The position numbers and the translations under genes were made by a program. Under the pieces are notes generated by a model, which had not been told where the DNA came from, did not search any database, and saw nothing but the letters and a program-made list of their open reading frames with translations. Below are positions 1 to 15,000 of a stretch of DNA of 64,000 nucleotides, piece by piece (position 1 is the stretch's first letter; each line of letters begins with the position of its first letter). The stretch is from Eledone cirrhosa. Lineage: Eukaryota. The stretch spans positions 3,472,001 through 3,536,000 of the forward strand of contig OZ024741.1 of assembly GCA_964016885.1 (NCBI GenBank), read 5' to 3'.

Positions 1-3000
1 CGCTATATACACACCTGCTGGACTATATATGTAGGTTGTTGGCTACTTAACGCTATATACACACCTGCTAGACTATATATGTAGGTTGTTGGTGACTTAA
101 CACTATATACACACCTGCTAGAATATATATGTAGGTTGTTGGTGACTTAACACTATATACACGCCTGCTAGACGGTATATGTAGGTTGTTGATGACTTAA
201 CACGATATACAGACCTGCTAGACTATATATGTATATTTTTGATGACTTAACACTATATACACACCTGCTAGACTATATATGTAGGTTGTTGGTGACTTAA
301 CGTTATATACACACCTGCTAGACTATATATGTAGGTTGTTGGTGAGTTAACACTATATACACACCTACTAGACTATATATGTAGGTTGTTGGTGACTTAA
401 CACTATATACACACCTGCTAGACTATATATGTAGGTTGTTAGTGATTTAACGCTATATACACACATGCTAGACTATATATGTACTTTGTTGGTGACTTAA
501 CACAATATACACACCTGCTAGACTATATATGTAGGTTGTTGGTGACTTAACACTATATACACACCTGCTAGTCTATATATTTAGGTTGTTGGTGACTTAA
601 CACTATATACACACCTGCTGGAATATATATGTAGGCTGTTGTTGACTTAAAACTATATACACACCTGCTAGACTATATATGTAGGTTGTTGATGACTTAA
701 CGCTATATACACACCTGCTAGACTATATATGTAGGTTGTTGGTGACTTAACACTATATACACCTGCTGTACTATATATGTAGGTTGTTGGTGACTTAACG
801 CTATATACACACCTGCTAGACTATATATGTAGGTTGTTGGTGATTAACACTATATACACACCTGCTAGACTATATATGTAGGTTGTTGGTGACTTAACAC
901 TATATACACACCTGCTAGACTATATATGTAGGTTGTTGATGTCTTAACACTATATACACACCTGCTAGACTATATATGTAGATTGTTGATGACTTAACAC
1001 TATATACACACCTGCTAGACTATATATGTAGGTTGTTGGTGACTTAACACTATATACACACCTACCTAGAATATATATGTAGGTTGTTGGTGACTTAACA
1101 CTATATACACACCTGCTAGACTATATATGTATGTTGTTGGTGACTTAACACTATATACACACCTGCTAGTCTATATATTTAGGTTGTTGGTGACTTAACA
1201 CTATATACACACCTGCTAGACTATATATGTAGGTTGTTGGTGACTTAACACTATATACACACCTGCTAGACTATATATGTAGGTTGTTGGTGACTTAACA
1301 CTATATACACACCTGCTAGACTATATATGTAGGTTGTTGATGTCTTAACACTATATACACACCTGCTAGACTATATATGTAGGTTGTTGGTGACTTAACT
1401 CTATATACACACCTGCTAGACTATATATGTAGGTTGTTGGTGACTTAACACTATATACACACCTGCTAGACTATATATGTAGGTTGTTGGTGACTTAACA
1501 CTATATACACACCTACCTAGAATATATATGTAGGTTGTTGGTGACTTAACACTATATACACACCTGCTAGACTATATATGTATGTTGTTGGTGACTTAAC
1601 ACTATATACACACCTGCTAGTCTATATATTTAGGTTGTTGGTGACTTAACACTATATACACACCTGCTAGACTATATATGTAGGTTGTTGGTGACTTAAC
1701 ACTATATACACACCTGCTAGACTATATATGTAGGTTGTTGGTGACTTAACACTATATACACACCTGCTAGACTATATATGTAGGTTGTTGATGTCTTAAC
1801 ACTATATACACACCTGCTAGACTATATATGTAGGTTGTTGGTGACTTAACTCTATATACACACCTGCTAGACTATATATGTAGGTTGTTGGTGACTTAAC
1901 ACTATATACACACCTGCTAGACTATATATGTAGGTTGTTGGTGACTTAACACTATATACACACCTACCTAGAATATATATGTAGGTTGTTGGTGACTTAA
2001 CACTATATACACACCTGCTAGACTATATATGTATGTTGTTGGTGACTTAACACTATATACACACCTGCTAGTCTATATATTTAGGTTGTTGGTGACTTAA
2101 CACTATATACACACCTGCTAGACTATATATGTAGGTTGTTGGTGACTTAACACTATATACACACCTGCTAGACTATATATGTAGGTTGTTGGTGACTTAA
2201 CACTATATACACACCTGCTAGACTATATATGTAGGTTGTTGATGTCTTAACACTATATACACACCTGCTAGACTATATATGTAGGTTGTTGGTGACTTAA
2301 CTCTATATACACACCTGCTAGACTATATATGTAGGTTGTTGGTGACTTAACACTATATACACACCTGCTAGACTATATATGTAGGTTGTTGGTGACTTAA
2401 CACTATATACACACCTGCTAGACTATATATGTAGGTTGTTGGTGACTTAACACTATATACACACCTGCTAGTCTATATATGTAAGTTGTTGGTGACTTAA
2501 CACTATATACACACCTGCTAGACTATATATGTAGGTTGTTGGTGAATTAACGCTATATACACACCTGCTAGACTATATATGTTGGTTGTTGGTGACTTAA
2601 CACTATATACACACCTGCTAGACTATATATGTAGGTTGTTGGTGACTTAACACTATATACACACCTGCTGGACTATATATGTAGGTTGTTGGTGATTAAC
2701 ACTATATACACACCTGCTAGACTATATATGTAGGTTGTTGGTGATTAACACTATATACACACCTGCTAGACTATATATGTAGGTTGTTGGTGACTTAACA
2801 CTATATACACACCTGCTAGACTATATATGTAGGTTGTTGATGTCTTAACACTATATACACACCTGCTAGACTATATATGTAGATTGTTGATGACTTAACA
2901 CTATATACACACCTGCTAGACTATATATGTAGGTTGTTGGTGACTTAACACTATATACACACCTACCTAGAATATATATGTAGGTTGTTGGTGACTTAAC

Positions 3001-6000
3001 ACTATATACACACCTGCTAGACTATATATGTATGGTGTTGGTGACTTAACACTATATACACACCTGCTAGTCTATATATTTAGGTTGTTGGTGACTTAAC
3101 ACTATATACACACCTGCTAGACTATATATGTAGGTTTTTGGTGACTTACACTATATACACACCTGCTGGAATATATATGTAGGCTGTCGTTGACTTAAAA
3201 CTATATACACACCTGCTAGACTATATATGTAGGTTGTTGATGACTTAACGCTATATACACACCTGCTAGACTATATATGTACGTTGTTGGTGACTTAAAA
3301 CTATATACACCTGCAGTACTATATATGTAGGTTGTTGGTGACTTAACACTATATACACCTGCTGTACTATATATGTAGGTTGTTGGTGACTTAACGCTAT
3401 ATACACACCTGCTAGACTGTATATGTAGGTTGTTGATGACTTAACGCTATATACACACCTGCTAGACTATATATGTAGGTTGTTGGTGACTAAACACTAT
3501 ATACACACCTGCGAGACTATATATGTAGGTTGTTGATGACTTAACACTATATACACACCTGCTAGACTATATATGTAGGTTGTTGGTGACTTAACGCTAT
3601 ATACACACCTGCTAGACTATATATGTAGGTTGTTGATCACTTAACACTATATACACACCTGCTAGACTATATATGTTGGTTGCTGATGTCTTAACACTAT
3701 ATACACACCTGCTAGACTATATATGTAGATTGTTGATGACTTAACACTATATACACACCTGCTAGACTATATATGTAGGTTGTTGGTGACTTAACGCTAT
3801 ATACACACCTGCTAGACTATATATGTAGGTTGTTGGTGACTTAACACTATATACACACCTGCTAGACTTTATATGTAGTTTGTTGGTGACTTAACGCTAT
3901 ATACACACCTGCTGGACTATATATGTAGGTTGTTGGCTACTTAACGCTATATACACACCTGCTAGACTATATATGTAGGTTGTTGGTGACTTAACACTAT
4001 ATACACACCTGCTAGAATATATATGTAGGTTGTTGGTGACTTAACACTATATACACGCCTGCTAGACGGTATATGTAGGTTGTTGATGACTTAACACGAT
4101 ATACAGACCTGCTAGACTATATATGTATATTTTTGATGACTTAACACTATATACACACCTGCTAGACTATATATGTAGGTTGTTGGTGACTTAACGTTAT
4201 ATACACACCTGCTAGACTATATATGTAGGTTGTTGGTGAGTTAACACTATATACACACCTACTAGACTATATATGTAGGTTGTTGGTGACTTAACACTAT
4301 ATACACACCTGCTAGACTATATATGTAGGTTGTTAGTGACTTAACGCTATATACACACATGCTAGACTATATATGTACTTTGTTGGTGACTTAACACTAT
4401 ATACACACCTGCTAGACTATATATGTAGGTTGTTGGTGACTTAACACTATATACACACCTGCTAGACTATATATTTACGATGTTGGTGACTTAACACTAT
4501 ATACACACCTGCTAGACTATATAATGTAGGTTGTTGGTGACTTAACATTATATACACACCTGCTAGACTATATATATAGGTTGTTGATGTCTTAACAATA
4601 TATACACACCTGCTAGACTATATATGTACGATGTTGATGACTTAACTCTATATACACACCTGCTAGACTACATATGTAGGTTGTTGGTGACTTAACGCTA
4701 TATAGACACCTGCTAGACTTTATATGTAGGTTGTTGGTGACTTAACACTATATACACACCTGATAGACTATATATGTAGGTTGTTGGTGAAATAACGCTA
4801 TATACACACCTTCTAGACTATATATGTAGGTTGTTGGTGACTTAACACTATATATACACCTGCTAGACTACATATGTAGGTTGTTGGTGACTTAACACTA
4901 TATACACACCTGCTAGACTATATATGTAGGTTGTTGGTGACTTAACACTATATATACACCTGCTAGACTATATATGTACGATGTTGGTGATTTAACGCTA
5001 TATACAGACCTGCTTAACTATATATGTAGGTTGTTGGTGACTTAACACTATATACACACCTGCTAGACTATATATGTAGGTTGTTGGTCACCTAACGCTA
5101 TATACACACCTGCTAGACTATATATGTAGGTTGTTGATGTCTTAACACTATATACACACCTGCTAGACTATATATGTAGATTGTTGATGACTTAACACTA
5201 TATACACACCTGCTAGACTATATATGTAGGTTGTTGGTGACTTAACACTATAGACACACACCTGCCAGAATATATATGTAGGTTGTTGGTGACTTAACGC
5301 TATATACACACCTGCTAGACTATATATGTATGTTGTTGGTGACTTAACACTATATACACACCTGCTAGTCTATATATTTAGGTTGTTGGTGACTTAACAC
5401 TATATACACACCTGCTAGACTATATATGTAGGTTTTTGGTGACTTAACACTATATACACACCTGCTGGAATATATATGTAGGCTGTTGTTGACTTAAAAC
5501 TATATACACACCTGCTAGACTATATATGTAGGTTGTTGATGACTTAACGCTATATACACACCTGCTAGACTATATATGTAGGTTGTTGGTGACTTAACAC
5601 TATATACACCTGCTGTACTATATATGTAGGTTGTTGGTGTCTTAACACTATATACACCTGCTGTACTATATATGTAGGTTGTTGGTGACTTAACGCTATA
5701 TACACACCTGCTAGACTGTATATGTAGGTTGTTGATGACTTAACGCTATATACACACCTGCTAGACTATATATGTAGGTTGTTGGTGACTTAACACTATA
5801 TACACACCTGCTAGACTATATATGTAGGTTGTTGGTGACTTAACACTATATACACACCTGCTAGACTATATATGTAGGTTGTTGATGTCTTAACACTATA
5901 TACACACCTGCTAGACTATATATGTAGGTTGTTGGTGACTTAACTCTATATACACACCTGCTAGACTATATATGTAGGTTGTTGGTGACTTAACACTATA

Positions 6001-9000
6001 TACACACCTGCTAGACTATATATGTAGGTTGTTGGTGACTTAACACTATATACACACCTGCTAGACTATATATGTAGGTTGTTGGTGACTTAACACTATA
6101 TACACACCTGCTAGTCTATATATGTAAGTTGTTGGTGACTTAACACTATATACACACCTGCTAGACTATATATGTCGGTTGTTGGTGAATTAACGCTATA
6201 TACACACCTGCTAGACTATATATGTTGGTTGTTGGTGACTTAACACTATATACACACCTGCTAGACTATATATGTAGGTTGTTGGTGACTTAACACTATA
6301 TACACATCTGCTGGACTATATATGTAGGTTGTTGGTGACTTAACGCTATATACACACCTGCTAGACTATATATGTAGGTTGTTGGTGATTAACACTATAT
6401 ACACACCTGCTAGACTATATATGTAGGTTGTTGGTGACTTAACACTATATACACACCTGCTAGACTATATATGTAGGTTGTTGATGTCTTAACACTATAT
6501 ACACACCTGCTAGACTATATATGTAGATTGTTGATGACTTAACACTATATACACACCTGCTAGACTATATATGTAGGTTGTTGGTGACTTAACACTATAT
6601 ACACACCTACCTAGAATATATATGTAGGTTGTTGGTGACTTAACACTATATACACACCTGCTAGACTATATATGTATGTTGTTGGTGACTTAACACTATA
6701 TACACACCTGCTAGTCTATATATTTAGGTTGTTGGTGACTTAACACTATATACACACCTGCTAGACTATATATGTAGGTTGTTGGTGACTTAACACTATA
6801 TACACACCTGCTAGACTATATATGTAGGTTGTTGGTGACTTAACACTATATACACACCTGCTAGACTATATATGTAGGTTGTTGATGTCTTAACACTATA
6901 TACACACCTGCTAGACTATATATGTAGGTTGTTGGTGACTTAACTCTATATACACACCTGCTAGACTATATATGTAGGTTGTTGGTGACTTAACACTATA
7001 TACACACCTGCTAGACTATATATGTAGGTTGTTGGTGACTTAACACTATATACACACCTGCTAGACTATATATGTAGGTTGTTGGTGACTTAACACTATA
7101 TACACACCTGCTAGTCTATATATGTAAGTTGTTGGTGACTTAACACTATATACACACCTGCTAGACTATATATGTAGGTTGTTGGTGAATTAACGCTATA
7201 TACACACCTGCTAGACTATATATGTTGGTTGTTGGTGACTTAACACTATATACACACCTGCTAGACTATATATGTAGGTTGTTGGTGACTTAACACTATA
7301 TACACACCTGCTGGACTATATATGTAGGTTGTTGGTGACTTAACGCTATATACACACCTGCTAGACTATATATGTAGGTTGTTGGTGATTAACACTATAT
7401 ACACACCTGCTAGACTATATATGTAGGTTGTTGGTGACTTAACACTATATACACACCTGCTAGACTATATATGTAGGTTGTTGATGTCTTAACACTATAT
7501 ACACACCTGCTAGACTATATATGTAGATTGTTGATGACTTAACACTATATACACACCTGCTAGACTATATATGTAGGTTGTTGGTGACTTAACACTATAT
7601 ACACACCTACCTAGAATATATATGTAGGTTGTTGGTGACTTAACACTATATACACACCTGCTAGACTATATATGTATGTTGTTGGTGACTTAACACTATA
7701 TACACACCTGCTAGTCTATATATTTAGGTTGTTGGTGACTTAACACTATATACACACCTGCTAGACTATATATGTAGGTTTTTGGTGACTTACACTATAT
7801 ACACACCTGCTGGAATATATATGTAGGCTGTCGTTGACTTAAAACTATATACACACCTGCTAGACTATATATGTAGGTTGTTGATGACTTAACGCTATAT
7901 ACACACCTGCTAGACTATATATGTACGTTGTTGGTGACTTAACACTATATACACCTGCTGTACTATATATGTAGGTTGTTGGTGACTTAACGCTATATAC
8001 ACACCTGCTAGACTGTATATGTAGGTTGTTGATGACTTAACGCTATATACACACCTGCTAGACTATATATGTAGGTTGTTGGTGACTAAACACTATATAC
8101 ACACCTGCGAGACTATATATGTAGGTTGTTGATGACTTAACACTATATACACACCTGCTAGACTATATATGTAGGTTGTTGGTGACTTAACGCTATATAC
8201 ACACCTGCTAGACTATATATGTAGGTTGTTGATCACTTAACACTATATACACACCTGCTAGACTATATATGTTGGTTGCTGATGTCTTAACACTATATAC
8301 ACACCTGCTAGACTATATATGTAGATTGTTGATGACTTAACACTATATACACACCTGCTAGACTATATATGTAGGTTGTTGGTGACTTAACGCTATATAC
8401 ACACCTGCTAGACTATATATGTAGGTTGTTGGTGACTTAACACTATATACACACCTGCTAGACTTTATATGTAGTTTGTTGGTGACTTAACGCTATATAC
8501 ACACCTGCTGGACTATATATGTAGGTTGTTGGCTACTTAACGCTATATACACACCTGCTAGACTATATATGTAGGTTGTTGGTGACTTAACACTATATAC
8601 ACACCTGCTAGAATATATATGTAGGTTGTTGGTGACTTAACACTATATACACGCCTGCTAGACGGTATATGTAGGTTGTTGATGACTTAACACGATATAC
8701 AGACCTGCTAGACTATATATGTATATTTTTGATGACTTAACACTATATACACACCTGCTAGACTATATATGTAGGTTGTTGGTGACTTAACGTTATATAC
8801 ACACCTGCTAGACTATATATGTAGGTTGTTGGTGAGTTAACACTATATACACACCTACTAGACTATATATGTAGGTTGTTGGTGACTTAACACTATATAC
8901 ACACCTGCTAGACTATATATGTAGGTTGTTAGTGATTTAACGCTATATACACACATGCTAGACTATATATGTACTTTGTTGGTGACTTAACACAATATAC

Positions 9001-12000
9001 ACACCTGCTAGACTATATATGTAGGTTGTTGGTGACTTAACACTATATACACACCTGCTAGTCTATATATTTAGGTTGTTGGTGACTTAACACTATATAC
9101 ACACCTGCTGGAATATATATGTAGGCTGTTGTTGACTTAAAACTATATACACACCTGCTAGACTATATATGTAGGTTGTTGATGACTTAACGCTATATAC
9201 ACACCTGCTAGACTATATATGTAGGTTGTTGGTGACTTAACACTATATACACCTGCTGTACTATATATGTAGGTTGTTGGTGACTTAACGCTATATACAC
9301 ACCTGCTAGACTATATATGTAGGTTGTTGGTGATTAACACTATATACACACCTGCTAGACTATATATGTAGGTTGTTGGTGACTTAACACTATATACACA
9401 CCTGCTAGACTATATATGTAGGTTGTTGATGTCTTAACACTATATACACACCTGCTAGACTATATATGTAGATTGTTGATGACTTAACACTATATACACA
9501 CCTGCTAGACTATATATGTAGGTTGTTGGTGACTTAACACTATATACACACCTACCTAGAATATATATGTAGGTTGTTGGTGACTTAACACTATATACAC
9601 ACCTGCTAGACTATATATGTATGTTGTTGGTGACTTAACACTATATACACACCTGCTAGTCTATATATTTAGGTTGTTGGTGACTTAACACTATATACAC
9701 ACCTGCTAGACTATATATGTAGGTTGTTGGTGACTTAACACTATATACACACCTGCTAGACTATATATGTAGGTTGTTGGTGACTTAACACTATATACAC
9801 ACCTGCTAGACTATATATGTAGGTTGTTGATGTCTTAACACTATATACACACCTGCTAGACTATATATGTAGGTTGTTGGTGACTTAACTCTATATACAC
9901 ACCTGCTAGACTATATATGTAGGTTGTTGGTGACTTAACACTATATACACACCTGCTAGACTATATATGTAGGTTGTTGGTGACTTAACACTATATACAC
10001 ACCTGCTAGACTATATATGTAGGTTGTTGGTGACTTAACACTATATACACACCTGCTAGTCTATATATGTAAGTTGTTGGTGACTTAACACTATATACAC
10101 ACCTGCTAGACTATATATGTAGGTTGTTGGTGAATTAACGCTATATACACACCTGCTAGACTATATATGTTGGTTGTTGGTGACTTAACACTATATACAC
10201 ACCTGCTAGACTATATATGTAGGTTGTTGGTGACTTAACACTATATACACACCTGCTGGACTATATATGTAGGTTGTTGGTGACTTAACGCTATATACAC
10301 ACCTGCTTGACTATATATGTAGGTTGTTGGTGATTAACACTATATACACACCTGCTAGACTATATATGTAGGTTGTTGGTGACTTAACACTATATACACA
10401 CCTGCTAGACTATATATGTAGGTTGTTGATGTCTTAACACTATATACACACCTGCTAGACTATATATGTAGATTGTTGATGACTTAACACTATATACACA
10501 CCTGCTAGACTATATATGTAGGTTGTTGGTGACTTAACACTATATACACACCTACCTAGAATATATATGTAGGTTGTTGGTGACTTAACACTATATACAC
10601 ACCTGCTAGACTATATATGTATGGTGTTGGTGACTTAACACTATATACACACCTGCTAGTCTATATATTTAGGTTGTTGGTGACTTAACACTATATACAC
10701 ACCTGCTAGACTATATATGTAGGTTTTTGGTGACTTACACTATATACACACCTGCTGGAATATATATCTAGGCTGTCGTTGACTTAAAACTATATACACA
10801 CCTGCTAGACTATATATGTAGGTTGTTGATGACTTAACGCTATATACACACCTGCTAGACTATATATGTACGTTGTTGGTGACTTAAAACTATATACACC
10901 TGCAGTACTATATATGTAGGTTGTTGGTGACTTAACACTATATACACCTGCTGTACTATATATGTAGGTTGTTGGTGACTTAACGCTATATACACACCTG
11001 CTAGACTGTATATGTAGGTTGTTGATGACTTAACGCTATATACACACCTGCTAGACTATATATGTAGGTTGTTGGTGACTAAACACTATATACACACCTG
11101 CGAGACTATATATGTAGGTTGTTGATGACTTAACACTATATACACACCTGCTAGACTATATATGTAGGTTGTTGGTGACTTAACGCTATATACACACCTG
11201 CTAGACTATATATGTAGGTTGTTGATCACTTAACACTATATACACACCTGCTAGACTATATATGTTGGTTGCTGATGTCTTAACACTATATACACACCTG
11301 CTAGACTATATATGTAGATTGTTGATGACTTAACACTATATACACACCTGCTAGACTATATATGTAGGTTGTTGGTGACTTAACGCTATATACACACCTG
11401 CTAGACTATATATGTAGGTTGTTGGTGACTTAACACCATATACACACCTGCTAGACTTTATATGTAGTTTGTTGGTGACTTAACGCTATATACACACCTG
11501 CTGGACTATATATGTAGGTTGTTGGCTACTTAACGCTATATACACACCTGCTAGACTATATATGTAGGTTGTTGGTGACTTAACACTATATACACACCTG
11601 CTAGAATATATATGTAGGTTGTTGGTGACTTAACACTATATACACGCCTGCTAGACGGTATATGTAGGTTGTTGATGACTTAACACGATATACAGACCTG
11701 CTAGACTATATATGTATATTTTTGATGACTTAACACTATATACACACCTGCTAGACTATATATGTAGGTTGTTGGTGACTTAACGTTATATACACACCTG
11801 CTAGACTATATATGTAGGTTGTTGGTGAGTTAACACTATATACACACCTACTAGACTATATATGTAGGTTGTTGGTGACTTAACACTATATACACACCTG
11901 CTAGACTATATATGTAGGTTGTTAGTGACTTAACGCTATATACACACATGCTAGACTATATATGTACTTTGTTGGTGACTTAACACTATATACACACCTG

Positions 12001-15000
12001 CTAGACTATATATGTAGGTTGTTGGTGACTTAACACTATATACACACCTGCTAGACTATATATTTACGATGTTGGTGACTTAACACTATATACACACCTG
12101 CTAGACTATATAATGTAGGTTGTTGGTGACTTAACATTATATACACACCTGCTAGACTATATATATAGGTTGTTGATGTCTTAACAATATATACACACCT
12201 GCTAGACTATATATGTACGATGTTGATGACTTAACTCTATATACACACCTGCTAGACTACATATGTAGGTTGTTGGTGACTTAACGCTATATAGACACCT
12301 GCTAGACTTTATATGTAGGTTGTTGGTGACTTAACACTATATACACACCTGATAGACTATATATGTAGGTTGTTGGTGAAATAACGCTATATACACACCT
12401 TCTAGACTATATATGTAGGTTGTTGGTGACTTAACACTATATATACACCTGCTAGACTACATATGTAGGTTGTTGGTGACTTAACACTATATACACACCT
12501 GCTAGACTATATATGTAGGTTGTTGGTGACTTAACACTATATATACACCTGCTAGACTATATATGTACGATGTTGGTGATTTAACGCTATATACAGACCT
12601 GCTTAACTATATATGTAGGTTGTTGGTGACTTAACACTATATACACACCTGCTAGACTATATATGTAGGTTGTTGGTCACCTAACGCTATATACACACCT
12701 GCTAGACTATATATGTAGGTTGTTGATGACTTAACGTTATATACACACCTGCTAGACTATATATGTAGGTTGTTGGTGACTAAACACTATATACAAACCT
12801 GCTAGACTATATATGTAGGTTGTTGATGACTTAACGTTATATACACACCTGCTAGACTATATATGTAGGTTGTTGGTGACTTAACACTATATACTCACCT
12901 CTTAGACTATATATTTAGGTTGTTGGTAATTAACACTATATACACACCTGCTAGACTATATATGTAGTTTGTTGGTGACTTAACACTATATACACACCTG
13001 CTAGACTATATATGTAGGTTGTTGGTGACTTAACACTATATACTCACCTCTTAGACTATATATGTAGATTGTTGATGACTTAACATTATATACACACCTG
13101 CTAGACTATATATGTAGGTTGTTGGTGACTTAACGCTATATACACACCTGCTAGACTATATATGTAGGTTGTTGATCACTTAACACTATATACACACCTG
13201 CTAGACTATATATGTTGGTTGTTGATGTCTTAACACTATATACACACCTGCTAGACTATATATGTAGATTGTTGATGACTTAACACTATATACACACCTG
13301 CTAGACTATATATGTAGGTTGTTGGTGACTTAACGCTATATACACACCTGCTAGACTATATATGTAGGTTGTTGGTGACTTAACACTATATACACACCTG
13401 CTAGTCTATATATGTAAGTTGTTGGAGACTTAACACTATATACACACCTGCTAGACTATATATGTAGGTTGTTGGTGAATTAACGCTATATACACACCTG
13501 CTAGACTATATATGTTGGTTGTTGGTGACTTAACACTATATACACACCTGCTAGACTATATATGTAGGTTGTTGGTGACTTAACACTATATACACACCTG
13601 CTAGACTATATATGTAGGTTGTTGATGTCTTAACACTATATACACACCTGCTAGACTATATATGTAGATTGTTGATGACTTAACACTATATACACACCTG
13701 CTAGACTATATATGTAGGTTGTTGGTGACTTAACACTATATACACACCTACCTAGAATATATATGTAGGTTGTTGGTGACTTAACACTATATACACACCT
13801 GCTAGACTATATATGTATGTTGTTGGTGACTTAACACTATATACACACCTGCTAGTCTATATATTTAGGTTGTTGGTGACTTAACACTATATACACACCT
13901 GCTAGACTATATTTGTAGGTTTTTGGTGACTTACACTATATACACACCTGCTGGAATATATATGTAGGCTGTCGTTGACTTAAAACTATATACACACCTG
14001 CTAGACTATATATGTAGGTTGTTGATGACTTAACGCTATATACACACCTGCTAGACTATATATGTACGTTGTTGGTGACTTAACACTATATACACCTGCA
14101 GTACTATATATGTAGGTTGTTGGTGACTTAACACTATATACACCTGCTGTACTATATATGTAGGTTGTTGGTGACTTAACGCTATATACACACCTGCTAG
14201 ACTGTATATGTAGGTTGTTGATGACTTAACGCTATATACACACCTGCTAGACTATATATGTAGGTTGTTGGTGACTAAACACTATATACACACCTGCGAG
14301 ACTATATATGTAGGTTGTTGATGACTTAACACTATATACACACCTGCTAGGCTATATATGTAGGTTGTTGGTGACTTAACGCTATATACACACCTGCTAG
14401 ACTATATATGTAGGTTGTTGATCACTTAACACTATATACACACCTGCTAGACTATATATGTTGGTTGCTGAAGTCTTAACACTATATACACACCTGCTAG
14501 ACTATATATGTAGATTGTTGATGACTTAACACTATATACACACCTGCTAGACTATATATGTAGGTTGTTGGTGACTTAACGCTATATACACACCTGCTAG
14601 ACTATATATGTAGGTTGTTGGTGACTTAACACTATATACACACCTGCTAGACTTTATATGTAGTTTGTTGGTGACTTAACGCTATATACACACCTGCTGG
14701 ACTATATATGTAGGTTGTTGGCTACTTAACGCTATATACACACCTGCTAGACTATATATGTAGGTTGTTGGTGACTTAACACTATATACACACCTGCTAG
14801 AATATATATGTAGGTTGTTGGTGACTTAACACTATATACACGCCTGCTAGACGGTATATGTAGGTTGTTGATGACTTAACACGATATACAGACCTGCTAG
14901 ACTATATATGTATATTTTTGATGACTTAACACTATATACACACCTGCTAGACTATATATGTAGGTTGTTGGTGACTTAACACTATATACACACCTGCTAG

